Notes: generated by a model from the sequence alone, not told the origin. A stretch of 63,766 bases of DNA from Pelomyxa schiedti (GCA_020536535.1 JAHLWZ010000875.1:1-63766); one strand, 5' to 3'; counted from the first letter of the stretch, positions 1 to 13,895 are shown. Numbers and translations: made by a program.

Positions 1-396
1 GGGGGAAGCCTCAAATAAGGAAGGGTACATAGAATTGTTGTACAAAACTGCAGAGGCGCTGTGCCGTGGTTCTGGTTGGTTTATTTGAGGCACCTCCTGC
101 CATACATCCAATCCCACTTCAGCTTCACAAGCACGATCCAAGTCCAACGAAATCATATCCCCTTGGCCAAATCAGAGGGGGAAAAAAAGAAAGAAAAAAG
201 AAGTAAGAAACCCAAGATGGAGGTGCCATCGTAGCCCCCATAAAGATACAATTTGCTTTCATAAACAACCCCACAATGTGAATTTCTGCACGTAGTCCCC
301 GGTGCGGCAACTCTCTCCCTTTCAAGACAGGACCGTGTTAATTCCTAAATAAGACCGGCAAGACAGACACAAAACACACCACACCAAGCGCCGCAT
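1..396 (-). CDS. Kelch-repeat protein, 5' part (runs off the window start)
   Basis: Spliced reading MRRL|ELTRSCLER..RNSHCGVVYESKLYLYGGYDGTSIL|GDMISLDL..WQEV..PEPRHSASAVLYNNSM. The GG-Y-D kelch motif is present and GT-AG introns keep phase. Confidence 0.75.
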
Positions 397-475
397 CTGA
401 TTGTTTCGTTGTTTACCTCAGTGAGTTTCCCAGAACGGCTCCTGACGGGTCAACCGACAAACAAATAAAAAAAAA

Positions 476-3400
476 ATGAGGGCGGGGTGTTTGGTTGGGC
501 TGTTGGTCGCGTCTCTTTATGTGATTTCGAGTGTTGGTGCTGCGCGCACCAAGTACAAAATGGATTTTGATTGGCGGTTCAACTTGGGCGACGTATCTGG
601 TGCCGTATGTTGTTTTTTTTCTTTTATCCCCCGTGTTCATTTGTTTGGGTGTTGAGGACTAGAAAGTAACGTTCAACTTTAAGGAAAATTACTATTTTGA
701 TGATGACGACTGGAGAGTGCTTTCTATTCCACATGACTTTGTTGTCGAGGGTGTATTCAATGAGACCGCCGACATAAATCATGGATACTTGCCATATGGT
801 ATAGGGTGTGTTTTGTTTTGATGGGGAATCCGGCTTGGTTGTCTCACATCGTTATTGTTCAGATGGTACCGCAAGCACTTTACAATGCCGTTAGATGCAA
901 GGAACAAAGCAATCTGGCTCGTCATTGATGGTACCCAGACTTCATCTAAAGTTTATCTCAATGGGGGTCTTCTTGGATCGCATAATACCGGCTACACCTC
1001 ATATTATTTCAGCCTCACTTCCAATCCTAATATACTCTTTGGGGAGGAGAACATTCTCGCTTTGCGAGTCGATTGTACAAACCCTGATAGTTGGTGGTAT
1101 GATGGAGGCGGAATTTATGTATGGCACTCTATTCCCTTTATATACAAGTGACACTGTTCTTTTCCAGAGACATGTATGGATTATTGTCTCAGACCTTGTT
1201 CATGTGCAACAATGGGGTGTTTGGGCTAATTCTGCGGTTGATGGGGAAATATCCAGGCAAGGTGTGAAGGCCTACGCTGATGCCCTTATTACACCCGAAA
1301 CCACAATTGTCAATGAGGATTCCAAGCAGGCTTCTTTTTACTTGATTCAGGAAATGAGAGATTCTGAGGACTCACTCATAGCCTCATCTACATCCACGAG
1401 TGTTATTATAACAAGCGGGGGAAATGCCACCGTCAATCAAGAAATGTCAGCCTCAAGTCTCTCGCTATGGTCAATTGACACCCCTGTCATGTACACACTC
1501 AGAACCTTGGTGATGGTTGGTGGCGTGGAAGTAGATAGAGTGGAGACGCCGTTTGGTGTCCGAAAAATTGCTTTCGACCCTTCTCTGGGGTTCTTCCTCA
1601 ACGACGAGTCTGTGAAAGTGAAGGGATTAGCAAATCACCAGGACTTTGCTGGCCTTGGAGTAGCAGTTGCAGATACCTTGCAAACTTGGCGTGTGCAGAA
1701 ACTAAAAGAAATGGGAGGAAATGCGTGGCGATGTGGTACGTAATCGTAAGTATTATGTACCCTCTAAGAAAAAAAACAGCTCACAATCCACCAAACCCTG
1801 AGCTATTGGATGCCTGTGATACTGTTGGGTTCCTTGTGTGGGATGAAAACCACAGAAACAATGTGGATGCAGACGGCATTGCCGATCTGTATAGCATGTT
1901 GTATCGCGACCGCAACCACCGTTTGTCCCCATTTCCGACTTTAATAAGCCTGATTATGAAAAGCCTCAATTGTTTATTGGAGTTTATGCAATGAGGCACT
2001 ATGCAACGACTTCAACACAGCAAATGGCCAAGTGCTCTCAGACATCGTTCATAGTGTAGACCCAACCCGCCCAGGTAAATCAATGCCACCTTACTCGTTA
2101 CGGAGAAATTGCACTGACTTGTCACAGTTACTGCAGCCATGAATTATGGTTGGGAAACCAAGTTCCCAACTGTTCTCGATGTGGTCGGTATCAATTACAA
2201 TACCGGGGAGTACGATATCCTTCACAAAGAGCTTCCCACCAAGCCAATAACTGCTTCTGAGACGTCATCAGCTTTATCTGATCGCGGGATGTATTACATG
2301 GATTCGACAGGTTGCTATTTGTCCTCGTATGATGTCAACTATCCCAGCTGGGGAGCAACTGCTGAAGATGGTATTCGATATATCTAATTTTCCTCACCTT
2401 AGTCACTCCTTTAGGGTGGGCTCCTGTGGACGAAAAGGACTTCATGGAAGGAAGCTTTGTTTGGACTGGATTTGATTATGTAATCCCACCCCGTTACTTT
2501 ACTTAAAACTAACGGTAGCACAGAAGGGAGAACCAACACCTTACGCGTGGCCAAATGTCAATAGCCACTTTGGTACCTTCCAAAAAAAAAACTTTCAAAA
2601 CATCCCTAATGTGACGCAGGAATTATTGACATAGCTGGGTTTCCCAAGGATGCATTTTACCTGTATCAATCGATGTGGGGGACATCTCCAATTGTACACA
2701 TATTCCCGCATTGGAATACTCCCATTGGCGTATCAGTGACACCTTGCTCCACTACTTCGTCACAACAAAAATGGACGTACTCTGGAACCAGCAGCAAAGC
2801 AGCTCAGATAATCAGTAGTGATGGGTTGTGTGTAACAGCCGCATGCAGCAGCCCCAATACTGGGTGCATGCCTCTTACAACAACTCAATGCGATGCAGAT
2901 AATCTAGATCAGATGTTCACATACTCGGGGAAGCTCTTCAAGTCTTCCAGCAACGGTGGATGCATGGACTTGTGGAACAGCGGAACCAATGTATACGTCG
3001 GTGATTACAAATGCGATGGCAATTCCAACCAAAATTGGGTCTATGATACCTCAAGTGGTCACATTATCTCATCGTACGACACATCGCTGTGCCTGAGTTC
3101 CCATAGCCATGTTGAAGTGTGGGTGTACACGAACGGTGCAAGTGCTGAACTCTTTGTGAACGGGAACTCACAAGGCATTCAGCAAGTAGCAGAAAATGGG
3201 CACGCAGCATGGCCGCAGGTCCTCTATGAATCTGGAACCCTTTCTGCAATAGCCTATGATTCCAATGGTAACCAGCTCGACTCCGCCTCTGTTGAAACTA
3301 CTGGCACGGCATACTCCATTGCACTTGATGTGGAGCTCGGAGACCGCGATAGCATATATGCAGACTCACAAGACATTGCGCTTGTGAAAGCGTCCGTACT

Positions 3401-3677
3401 CGACGCAAGTGGCCGCGTCGTTCCAACAGCAGCATACACAATCACATTTGCTGTGGATGGTGTTGGAACTGTGGTTGGAGCAGGCAATGGCGACCCTTCA
3501 TGCCATGAGCCTGATAAGGCAGATTACAGAACCACTTTCAATGGTCTTGCCAGAGTCATTGTTGGGCAAGCTTCGGCACCAGGAACCATCAAGCTAACTG
3601 CAACGTCTCCAGCGCTTGTTAGTGCCACAATAAGCATTCCTGTAGTAGCTCCTCCAACAGTAGATCCCACCCTTTAA
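476..3677 (+). CDS. Secreted glycoside hydrolase family 2 (beta-galactosidase-like) with an inserted ricin-B lectin domain
   Basis: Signal peptide MRAGCLVGLLVASLYVISSVGA. GH2 motifs MDFDWRF, PHDFVVEG, WYRKHF, VKGLANHQD, AHNPP, WSLCNE (acid/base), ASETSSA (nucleophile), GSFVWTGFDY, GIIDIAGFPKDAFY and VGAGNGDP. Ricin QxW repeats at about 2740-3105. Confidence 0.93.
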
Positions 3678-3932
3678 AAACAATAGAGTTAAAAAAACAA
3701 AACTTCACACAAACAACCCGGCACCGTTACTTAACTCCTCTGTTGCACTGTGTCGTAGATCTCAACCAACACCACAAGAACAAGATCGGAAGTGCGAGAT
3801 CTTCGCGGCATCCTGTGTCCTTCGTTCCTTATCTGAACTTGCTGTCCACGATTTTTGTGTGTTTTTTTTTGTAGTTTTTGGCGTTTATCGCTTTTTCGTT
3901 CTCGGTTTTCTTTTCTTCTCTGGCTCTTTGAC

Positions 3933-6698
3933 ATGGATCCCCTGATCTCTCCGTCCACGACGACGACAGTCCAGACGACGTCACAAAATCAAAACAAACC
4001 TAAAGTGGAGGGGGGTGGACCCGCCACCACCACCGCAACGACCACGTCTGACGTCACGCCGGCACAGAGATCTACGCTAGAGTCGTCGTCCCCAGCGACA
4101 ACAAGCCCGAACGCGTCTTCGCCGTTGCTGGCGCAACAAGGGACTACTATTGTTGGTGCCGGATCTGTACTTCACAGCCTTTCTTCTCAGCGCCAGCATC
4201 ACCCGCACCACCACTCCCCGTCTCCGTCACACGGACTTTCGATCAACACCGCGTCGTCAATGGCCCGGGTCGTAGATCCGCTCGACAGCGCGGCGACACC
4301 GCCTCCATCTCAGCATCCGCTGCCGGGCTCTGCTCTGCCTTTCGTGTTGCACAAACCTATCCCAATTTCACCGCCGCGGCAGCTGTCTGCGGTGTCGCAC
4401 TCGTCGAATGGCACACTGTTTGACTTGGGGCCGGAGCGAACACGCTCTCGGTCGTGGTCACCAACTCAATCCCCTCTTTACACACCGTCCCCGTCGCCTC
4501 CTATTCAAGGAGCGATCGTTTCGCAACCTCTGTCTCCTTCAACACTACCTATGGCAGTACCGCCAGGAGTGTCTTTAGTGGAGGACTCCAAAACACCGGA
4601 GATGACCTCCAGCACTCCTCCTGTTTGTTCAAATCCTCCACGGCCTCCACCACCACCACCTTCTTTTGGATTGCTTGATATTGGGCTTGGCACTGAGGAA
4701 GATGACGGGCTTCCTGATGTGTTGCATCGGTACCAGGCATTCATTAATCAAGGTACATGCGTGGCGCCTGCGTCTAGTCTTCTACTTTCGGCTGTGGCTT
4801 ACCAATTGTAGATGTAACTGCCATTGCAGAACATTTCCGTAAAACATATGCTGACATCAAACGGAACACAGAAAGACCCCATGTTCTCGTTGTAGGTCCA
4901 ACGGGGTTGGTCTTCTCTGTTTAATAATGAGGCATTTACCTGAAGTAGATCTGGTAAAAGTTCTCTTATCAACTCTGTATTTGGCGTGGAACTTGCCAAA
5001 GAGGGCACAGGCGTGCCAATCACTACGCATTTTAGTCGGTATGAGTTGGATGGCAGTCCAGCTGTGGTATTTGACTCCAAAGGTCTTGAGCACGGCCGCA
5101 GCACCGAGTTTGTGGACGCCACAGAAGAATTTTTTGAGCTGCATCATGTGGGGCAACCTGGCTTGTGTGAAGACCCCATCCATGTAATCTGGTTTGTTTT
5201 TTAAAAAACGGAACAACCAAATACGACCTTCAAGGTTACACTCTAACCAAACTTTAATGATTTTTTTTTTCCCTGTCCAGGTATGTCATCAACTCTGCTG
5301 GCTCTCGCATTCACCCATTTGAGGTAGAACTCTGGAAAACCACTTTTGCTCCGTTACCAATTATGTTTTTGATCAACAAATCGGATATAAGTTCTGATGA
5401 AGATAGAAAACTACTCAAATCAACTATTGATAAACTGAATTTGCCCAACTCTCTTGGGTATACCCTAAAGCCATATGTTCCTCTGATTTAGTAATTTTAG
5501 CTGTTTTGAAACTGTCTCTGGTCATCACTCCCCAGTGCTGAACTTAACTTTGTGCCCAGTTTGTAAAAGTGATGACCTAAATGTTAGAAAGAAGCAAAAA
5601 CTCGCCACATGCGAGTCTTGCCACCAAGAGGTACTTTTTGGGGGTTTCAAACGACCTGAATCAATTTTCTGCTAGATTCCTTTGACAGTTTGGTCGCATG
5701 TGGATTTAATTAGTAAAACAATTGAAGCTCTCCCACTACGAACTAGGGAAGCCTTCATTGGGGCACAGATTGTAAGTTGCAAACACAAAGATAATACTGC
5801 AAAATCTATTATTACGGAGTTTTTTACGCAATATGCACAGGTAACACTTCTTTTTTTATCCACCTTTTCTTTACCAATACATAGACTCGCTTTCTTAGAC
5901 CATTACAAAATCTGATCTCCGGAATGTTAGTGAGATTGGCAATACTATGGGATTTCGTTGATCGAGGTTCTTTATTAGGGACCGCCATTGCACAGGTAAG
6001 CCAAATGAAAATAATCTTTCACACAAATTTGCAGTAGGATTTATTTGCAAGAGATCTTTATTTTAGGCAAATTCTTCTAATTTTGCGATCAGCAACGGGT
6101 TCTAGGGACTACACAACTGCTGTTGCTATTCTGTGGAATAGGTAGAGCGCATCTCCGAGTCTCGGAGCTTTGGCTAACTCTTCTTCTAGATGCTTGCGTA
6201 AGATTTTTATGCAAATATTTTTTACGACTTGTGGGGAGACCCCAGCTTCATCCAATTGGGAAGAGGTTGTAACTTTTCTTGTTCTTTTATTTTGACAGTT
6301 CAAAGCTTGTGGAAAAGTGTTTTGCGGACTTGAATGAGGAGGCTTTACTTAACCTCGTTAAAGATCTGTCTTCTACCACGATTGAAGAAGTACTAGAAGA
6401 GGAAATGCCCGCCAATAAATCCTGTGGTGGGACACCACTTTGCGCTTCACCCAACCTCCAGAACATGTTCTCTGCCTTTAATCCATCTCCAACTCCCCCT
6501 AACGAAATCAACACTAGTCCGTCCCCCTCTCTCGAACCCTCCTTGATGAACAGAACAATTCAACAACAGCCACAAAACAAAGTTGCCACGCCACCAATAT
6601 TGACAAGTCACCCATTGTGTAACAAAGAACCCACACCATCCACAGCAAGCAGCACAGTACCAACACAATCACAAACCCCAACACCCAAAGACAGCTAG
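3933..6698 (+). CDS. P-loop TRAFAC GTPase (MMR1_HSR1/AIG1-like) with Ser/Pro/Thr-rich termini and a CxxC..CxxC insert
   Basis: Spliced G1 GPTG|SGKSSLIN, G2 GVPIT, G3 DSKG, G4 INKSD, then CPVC..CESC and AFIGAQIV. Confidence 0.75.
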
Positions 6699-6880
6699 TC
6701 CTCATGAATAGCTCTCCTGTCTCCACTATTGTATGTTTGTGCAAAAAGAAATAAAATTAAATTTACTTTAACTATCGATAGTGTGGACACCTCGCCACAG
6801 ATAGCCAAAAAGAAAAAAAAAAGCCGATGTTTAGCGGATCAGATCCATACAGTTGCAATTTAATTTGATTAGCAGTGGCG

Positions 6881-8237
6881 ATGTCGAAGTCGACGCGCAG
6901 TGCCCCTGGTTCGAAGGTATATATAATAGACGTGGGCCACCACGTAGTAATGTTGAAACAAAGGGGACGACTAAGAAGACAGTTGCTGCAAAAAAACCAC
7001 CGTAACAACCCGATGCTTTGGGGGGGAGTTTTCGTGTGGTTCTATTTCATTTACATTATGTGTTTAGGACCGTTTTCAACATCGATGAGGTGATGGATCC
7101 CGATACTGAAATGTGGCTGATCAAGTATCCAGCCTCAGTGTGTGGTTTTTTTTTTTTTTTTTACCCCAATTCATTCTGTATCTTCCCTTCTCACTTGTGG
7201 TTTTACATATAGATGAAACTCGAGGACCTGGATAAGGTTTCTCTACTTGTGGATCCTTCTGCCAATAAAATACCTTCGTGTGTTGTTCCTTTTATTTCGT
7301 TTGTACTGATTAATACCCAAAAACTTCAGTCAAACACTCAAATTGGCTAGTGAGCAAACGGGCTCGTTTCGTGTGACAGAGTCGATACTAGAGGAGTTCG
7401 AGCATTACGTCAATTTATTTCCCAACCAGCAGGACAATTCCATGGCACTAGGTTTGCTTTTCCTTCCCTTTCAGTTCATCACTCATGAGCAGGAAAACCT
7501 TTTGCCCACGAAATTGTTATACAGAGACAGATTGACGTTCATCATGCTCCTGCAGAGAAGGAGAAGGATGCTCCAACACTTGTCAAACTGAACGGCATTA
7601 AACCTTGCGAGATGAAGGCTCGTTGGAAACCTCCTGGTGCTGGTAAGCTAACTTCTTAATATCTTCTTTTTTTAACACTGCCACTTCCAATACAGAGAGA
7701 AATTATACTGGGTGCCCTCCTCCCCCTAGTGTTGGCAAGCGACCCAGAAAAGAGACAGCCAAACCCAAAGCAAGCACTACAGTGGGGAGTGCGGAGCAAA
7801 CCGCGGGCCAAGCACCCACTCAACCTGCATCACCAAACCCAAAGAAACGCAGGATTGCCAAATCTTCAGCAACTCCTTCAGCGTCGAGCTCCACCCAGCA
7901 AGCTTCTGCTGTAGAAACCCCAAAAACTGCTACTTCCAAGCCACCAGCTGCGCCAGCCAAGGGACCCACATCGACATCAACACCAACATCAACGGCTTCC
8001 ACACACCCCACTCCTTCTACTCAGCCACAACCCCCTCCATCCAAACCCATAGCTGCACAAACAAAAGCTAAGCCAGCAGCACCCCCACCCAAAGCAGCTC
8101 CGCAGTCATTAAATAAGACAGCTCCGCCTGCATCATCAACGCCATCCACAACCCCTGCTACAACAACAACAACCAAGCCCCCTGCAACTCCATCAAGAAC
8201 CAGAGCTAGCGCAACAAAAACCAAACAAACCCCCTGA
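6881..8237 (+). CDS. Probable RNA polymerase I subunit RPA34/PAF49-like protein
   Basis: EMWLIKYP near the N-terminus, MKARWKPPGA motif, and a long Lys/Pro/Thr-rich C-terminal tail. Recalled similarity to the A34.5/CD3EAP family. Confidence 0.5.
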
Positions 8238-8277
8238 AAGACTCTTGCACAAGTCATCAATTTGCAAAAAGTTTTTT

Positions 8278-11259
8278 TTAAGAAAACTGCCTACCACAAA
8301 CACAAATGGTGAAAAAGGTGGGACAAGAACTTGCCCCAACTGCCCCAACAATACTCACTCCCAATTGTCTGCCAAATATTTCACAACTATATTGACGGTC
8401 AGTGTGTTGGCTGGGACGAGCGCGGTAACTAACCTTTGATTTTTTGCTTGGTGGTACTGTAGTTTCTTTTCCCTTCTCTGCAATGCAGGATTGAACAAAC
8501 CGCTCCAAGTCCCTCAGTGTGGCGTCATCAAAGTCCATCAAATCCAATTCAATGTCTTGGCCATCGGCCTGCTTTGGAATGGTTTGTGAGGGATTTTCAG
8601 AGTTTAGATAGGAAAGGAGTAGCTACATACATGTGGAGGAAGGTGGGCTATTTCTACAACTTTGGCAAGCTGTGTGTAGTTAAGCAGTGACATTTGCTCA
8701 CCCAAAATGCGTTTTTCATCAATGGTCATAGGTTTAACTTCAGGACTGTGAGGAAGTTAACGTCATCATAAACACTTTAAATAGAGATCAACATTGGTTC
8801 TGGGTATTCAGAAGCAATCTCTGCAGGTTGCGCTGACGTTTTAGGTGTGGTCCTGTTAGAAAGATTATGATTTACAGCAGCCAGTGCATGTATTTACACA
8901 TACGCCTGTGAAGTCGACGACTTTCTCTTTCTGTTTGAGGATGTCTGTTGACTACCTTGTGAACGTGGAGGAGTTTGTGTCTGCGGCGCATCGTCTTCCC
9001 ACTTTGACTTGGACCATTTTTTTTCAAAAACGTCACTCAACTCTTGGCTCCAAGAATAGATTGGGGATCCTTGCATGTTATACAGTTGTGCATTTTTCCA
9101 CACTTGCCTGACATCTTTACAAAACTGTTCCTTGGTGTCATAGAAGTTTTTGTCTACTCGATCCTGCAAATAGGTAAGCTCGTATTGAGAGGTGTCATTG
9201 TACCTTAATTGTACCCAGATCCATAGGGTTCTTTATCAGGTCGAAGTACCCAGGGGCACAATCACGCTCCGGGTCAACTGGTTTATTGAAAATTCCAGCT
9301 ACCCTATGCTTTCGGAGAGCACTGATGATTGCCTTGCAATTTTTAAGGTTTTTCCCTTCCAATTTTTTGGGTTTTGCTGGGGGTGGGGTAGTTGGTGTTG
9401 TCGTTGTCGTTGTCGTTGTAGCAGCAGCGACAGTTGTTGTGCTTGGACTGGAGGGTTGAGTTGCTTTGCTAGACGAAGGAGGTGCAGCTGTACTGGCGGC
9501 CACTGTGGCCTGGGGTGTTGTAGTGCCTGATGTTATATTTGCGGAAGCAGTACTTGTCGCGGTGGGGGTTGTTGGTGAGCGAGGTTTCTCCTGTCTTAGT
9601 CAGATTTTTTGTAGCCTCAAATGAAACAACCTTGATTGGTACCCGGGACAGTAAATTGTAAACAGGCTGTGTACCTATCTCAGCGAAGGTCCCAGAATTG
9701 AGTTCAGAGAAGTGCCTGCAGGACAGATGAGATAGAACACAATGTAAAGTGGTGATACTGAAGCATGAACGAGGAGACATTGTCTTCAAGGAGAGGATAG
9801 GCGTTAGGCTCTGCTGCCAACATCTCTGAAAGTTTGGGAATGACTTCAAGGCTCAGGTGCTTGACAATGTAGGCAATACACTTAGTCTTTTGCTGGATTT
9901 AGATTGTCCACAGTCTGTGAGAGTTTAGACCTGCAACTCTGCCAAGGCATAGTTGTGTGCCAGGGATAACAGCTGCATTGCTTGCACTGAATCACCGTCT
10001 GTGCTGAAAAGGGAGACTGACCCTGTATATATCCACTCAAGGAAGTATTTGAAAGTTGTAGAACTACAAATTATGGGATACAGCAGTTGAAAGAAAAGTG
10101 ATACCTTATTTCTGAAAACTCAAATTCGTCAGCAGGGTCATGCTGACGGAGCAGATCCAGGAAGAATTTACATCTATATTTACTGTAAATATCGGAGTGC
10201 AGTTATACAAGAGAACCTCGCAGAAAGAATACATTTATGTGCCCTATACACAATACCATCCACTTTTATAATTATGTCACTAAAGAGTGGGTCATTCAAC
10301 AAAGAGGAAATATTCGGTAGTAGTGTTTCTGTTGGTGTTGGTACAGGAATATCTTTTTGTTGTTGTTGGTAAATAAACTAAATCCCGGGATTGTTAGTAA
10401 TAATACCTTCAATAGTCAACAGTTGCAAAGGGGTTGCCTGATGGTTGTTGATGATGGACCAATCAGCGTGGTTTGTAAGAAGTAATAAAGCAACATCTTT
10501 GTAACCCTTTGTACAGGCGAGGTGTAGTGGGGTGTGCCCTTGCTTGGTTTTTTCTGTAGTTGTGATTTGAAAACAGTTCTCCAAGGGGGGGTAGCGTACC
10601 ATTAACACCAGCACCTTTTTCTATGAGAAAGGTGCAAACGCTCTTCAACCCTCTAGACCGAGTAAGTTGTGTTACATTGAAATAGGGCAAAAAATGCCGG
10701 AATCAAGGAAGATAACCTAAAGCAAGCGTAGTGAAGTGGTGTCCACAAATCACGGTCTTTTGCATTAACTTCGGCACCATGTTGTATAAGAATTTCCACA
10801 CAACGCAAATGGTTGTTTCGTGCAGCATAATGCAGTGGTGTAGTGGATTGCTTTGTGGGGCAATTGACTGGAGAAGCACAGGTGTTAGAATCTGGGAAGA
10901 ACCACACAAAGAAAGGGGAAAAATATGATAGAAATAGTTTGGGGTCGTCGCAAAGGAAAGCCAGTGCAAACGGGCCACAAACAAGAACAATTGACAAGTA
11001 GCAAGGCCGCACCATCTGCCTTTGCATTCAACAAAGTCAGAAGGACCTGCTCCCTGCCAAACACTGCCGCATAGTGCAACGGATATTGTCCAAGTGTATC
11101 CTTCGCATTTACAGGAACCCCTTGGGAAATAAGATGCTGCACCACATCGTCTTCACCCCTCTCAGCCGCACGATGCATTGCACTTCCAGCATCATCCCCT
11201 GACGCAGAGGGAGTCGAATTTGAACGCTCGCGGTTGCCGGATTCGGATGATCTGTGCAT
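8278..11259 (-). CDS. Ankyrin-repeat + BTB + two bromodomains + ET (NET) domain protein; 3' end approximate
   Basis: Ankyrin repeats MHRAAERG, PLHYAAVFG, TPLHYAARNN, TPLHLACTKG. BTB motif LLNDPLFSDIIIKVD..AHKCILSAR. Bromodomain motifs IFNKPVDP..APGYFDLIKNPMDLGTIK and FCKDVRQVWKNAQLYN. ET motif LDLMDFDDATLRDLERFV. Confidence 0.85.
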
Positions 11260-11750
11260 CAGTGTGGCCAATACGAAGTCTATCCACCAATGTATGCAGC
11301 ATAAGCCAAAAAAACCAACACAGCCACAACACCAAAAAAAAGGGGCAAGAAAAAAAAAAGGATGCAGTGCGCCGTCGCGATGGTGGAGTACTACGGAATA
11401 CAACAAATGCGTCATATTGCCGTGTTTGTGTCGCGATCGGACTGACCTGGACGAAGTTCCGGTGACCTGTTGCGTTGGGTCCAATCTCCGGGTTTGTTTT
11501 TTCAAAGACCAAAAAAATGACTGCAACTGTAGATCTTCACAGACCAATTTTTTCGCCATCACACATCTCTCCCAAGGCGTTGTGCTTCCCAACAACGATG
11601 TGGCCGATGTGCCTCTCATCTGCTCCACAATTTCAGAGGACCACAACGCTGCAAACGGTCTCTGAGATTCGGTCTTCTTGGAAGCGATCTCTGATTAGGA
11701 CAGGGAGCCATTCATCAACAAGTGGAAATTAAATCAAGCTCCACTAAACA

Positions 11751-13797
11751 ATGAAATCGATACGGGGCACCGGTGGCATTGGTAATGGGCTGGAGACACT
11801 GGATCTACTGCGTCAGGAGTACGAGACGTTGTTGCAAGATCTCAGTTGTTTCAAAGCCCAACGCGATGAACTGGAAAAACAACGTTGTTGCCACAAACAC
11901 AAACACAAAAACAAACACAAAAAAATTTAAAAATAAAATAAGATAATATAAAATATTAAGTGTAACACTCTTTCCAATTCCGCAGTGCAACAACAATCAC
12001 AAGAGTACAGTTCACTACAATCACACATGAAGGCAATAGAAGCTACTCACAATCAGCAACGACTTTTATGGGAAGAAGAAAAAGCCAAATTAAAACGAGC
12101 TGTAGAGCAACACATATACCAGCAAGTGCAACAAATGCAACAGCAACAAACACAACAATCTCGACAAACATTAACTACATCAGGGAGCAATTTCCTCACT
12201 CCCCCATCTCCTTCCTCTGTATCTTCATTGATTCAACCACAACCAGCACAAACACCATCAACTACTGTGAAAACTTCTGCACCCTCGAGTTCTTCCCCTG
12301 ACTGGACCGTAAGGTAGGTCTGCCATACTACCATACTCTTCAATATAATACTGTGAAGCTATAATCAGCCAAATGGGTCTTCAGGAGGACCTCTTCGAGT
12401 GGATTTGTTACACACTTTTAGTCACACAGAGGTTGTATGCTGTGCTGCTCTATCAGATGACGCAAGGTACAGAAACCAAAAACAACTGCATTTCTATACA
12501 CCAATAACTAATGCCAAAAAAAAAAAAAGATTTGTGGCAGCTGGTTCAGGGAGGTCTCTCTACATTTACGATGTGGAGTCTGGCAAACAAGTCCAGTCAG
12601 TTTCCCATTCTCCACAATTGTTTTGTTTACGGACAGCTCATTCACCACAACAGGACGATTACAATTACTGGTGATGATAAGCTCATAGGTTGTAGGACTA
12701 AATACACCTACTCTCTAATCTGGTGTTTAGGTTGTACTAGATCTGTATCATTCAGCCCCTCCGCAACGCACATTGCTGCCGTTTTGGAAGACTATATTGT
12801 TAGAGTTTGGGATTTGTCCAATGTAGGAAATGGTGCATCAAACACTCCTGTCTGCATGTTACAACCACACAATACATACCCCGTTGCATGGTTGCCCAGT
12901 GGTAAAATACTGGCTGCTTGCAACAGAAATGAGCTGAAACTTTGGGAGATTGAAACTCAAAAAGTGCCGCTTTTTCTTATTTGTGATTCGGAATATTAAC
13001 ATTCAATGACAGGTTTCAATGTCTCTATTAGCCAGTGAAACTGCCAATCAATGTACCTCGATTGCTATCGCTCAATCAGGAAATTTAATAGCGGCTGTGT
13101 GATGACCACTAGACATTGCAATTATTGTTAATATCTATCACAGTCATTTGCTGATTCGTCTCCAACCATATGGGATTTAAGGACAGGAAATGTTCTGGAT
13201 ACCCTAGATGGCCACGCAGACTCCGTTTATTGTGTAGCTTTTTCTCATGATGGTATTTTCTCCTTATCTATATAACCACTTATTTGGGAAGGTACCAAGC
13301 TTGCATCTGCAAGCATTGATAAAAATGTGAAATTGTGGGCAGTTCGAATTCCAAATTCTTCCACACCTTCACAGTGTATTGCTACTCTTTCTGGGCACAA
13401 AGTAAAACCCAAATAAATAACCCAACCAACCACTACGAAAGCCCCAGCGTCAAATAGCATTACTATTAAATAAGATGAAAGTGAATGCACTGAACTCCTC
13501 ACAGGATTTCGTACTGACGTGTACATTCATTCATGAAAGTCGATATATTGTTACTGGTGGCAAAGACCGCACGATACAGGTGTGGGATACGCAACAGCCG
13601 GTACCCACACAGGTTCTAACAATTCATGGGCACAGTAACGTCGGTATGCCTCTCGTACCTCCTCCATTTGAACCTCACATTGGATCCCTTCCTCACTGCC
13701 AGTTTTGAGTGTTTCTACCGGCAAGGAAGGAGGTGTTTTTGTTTCTGGAAGTGGTGACTCCAAGGCCAGAGTGTGGAAACTCATTGCAGGATCGTAA
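11751..13797 (+). CDS. tupA: Tup1/TupA-like WD40 transcriptional corepressor
   Basis: Tup_N coiled coil LETLDLLRQEYETL..MKAIEATHNQQRLLWEEEK, a Gln-rich linker, and WD40 repeats HTEVVCCAALS, DFVLTCTF..VTGGKDRTIQVWD and VSGSGDSKARVWK. Confidence 0.85.
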
Positions 13798-13895
13798 TCC
13801 AACAAATACACACAACAATCAAAGAGAATTCCGACAATTTTTTTTTTAAATTCATTCTTAAAACAAACAACAGCTTTACAGTGAAGGTATTTACT

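Noticed and set aside
11234-11732. Cys-rich ORFs between the ankyrin-BTB gene and tupA
   Set aside because: They overlap the promoter and 5' UTR regions of two divergent genes and show no coherent domain or splice model.
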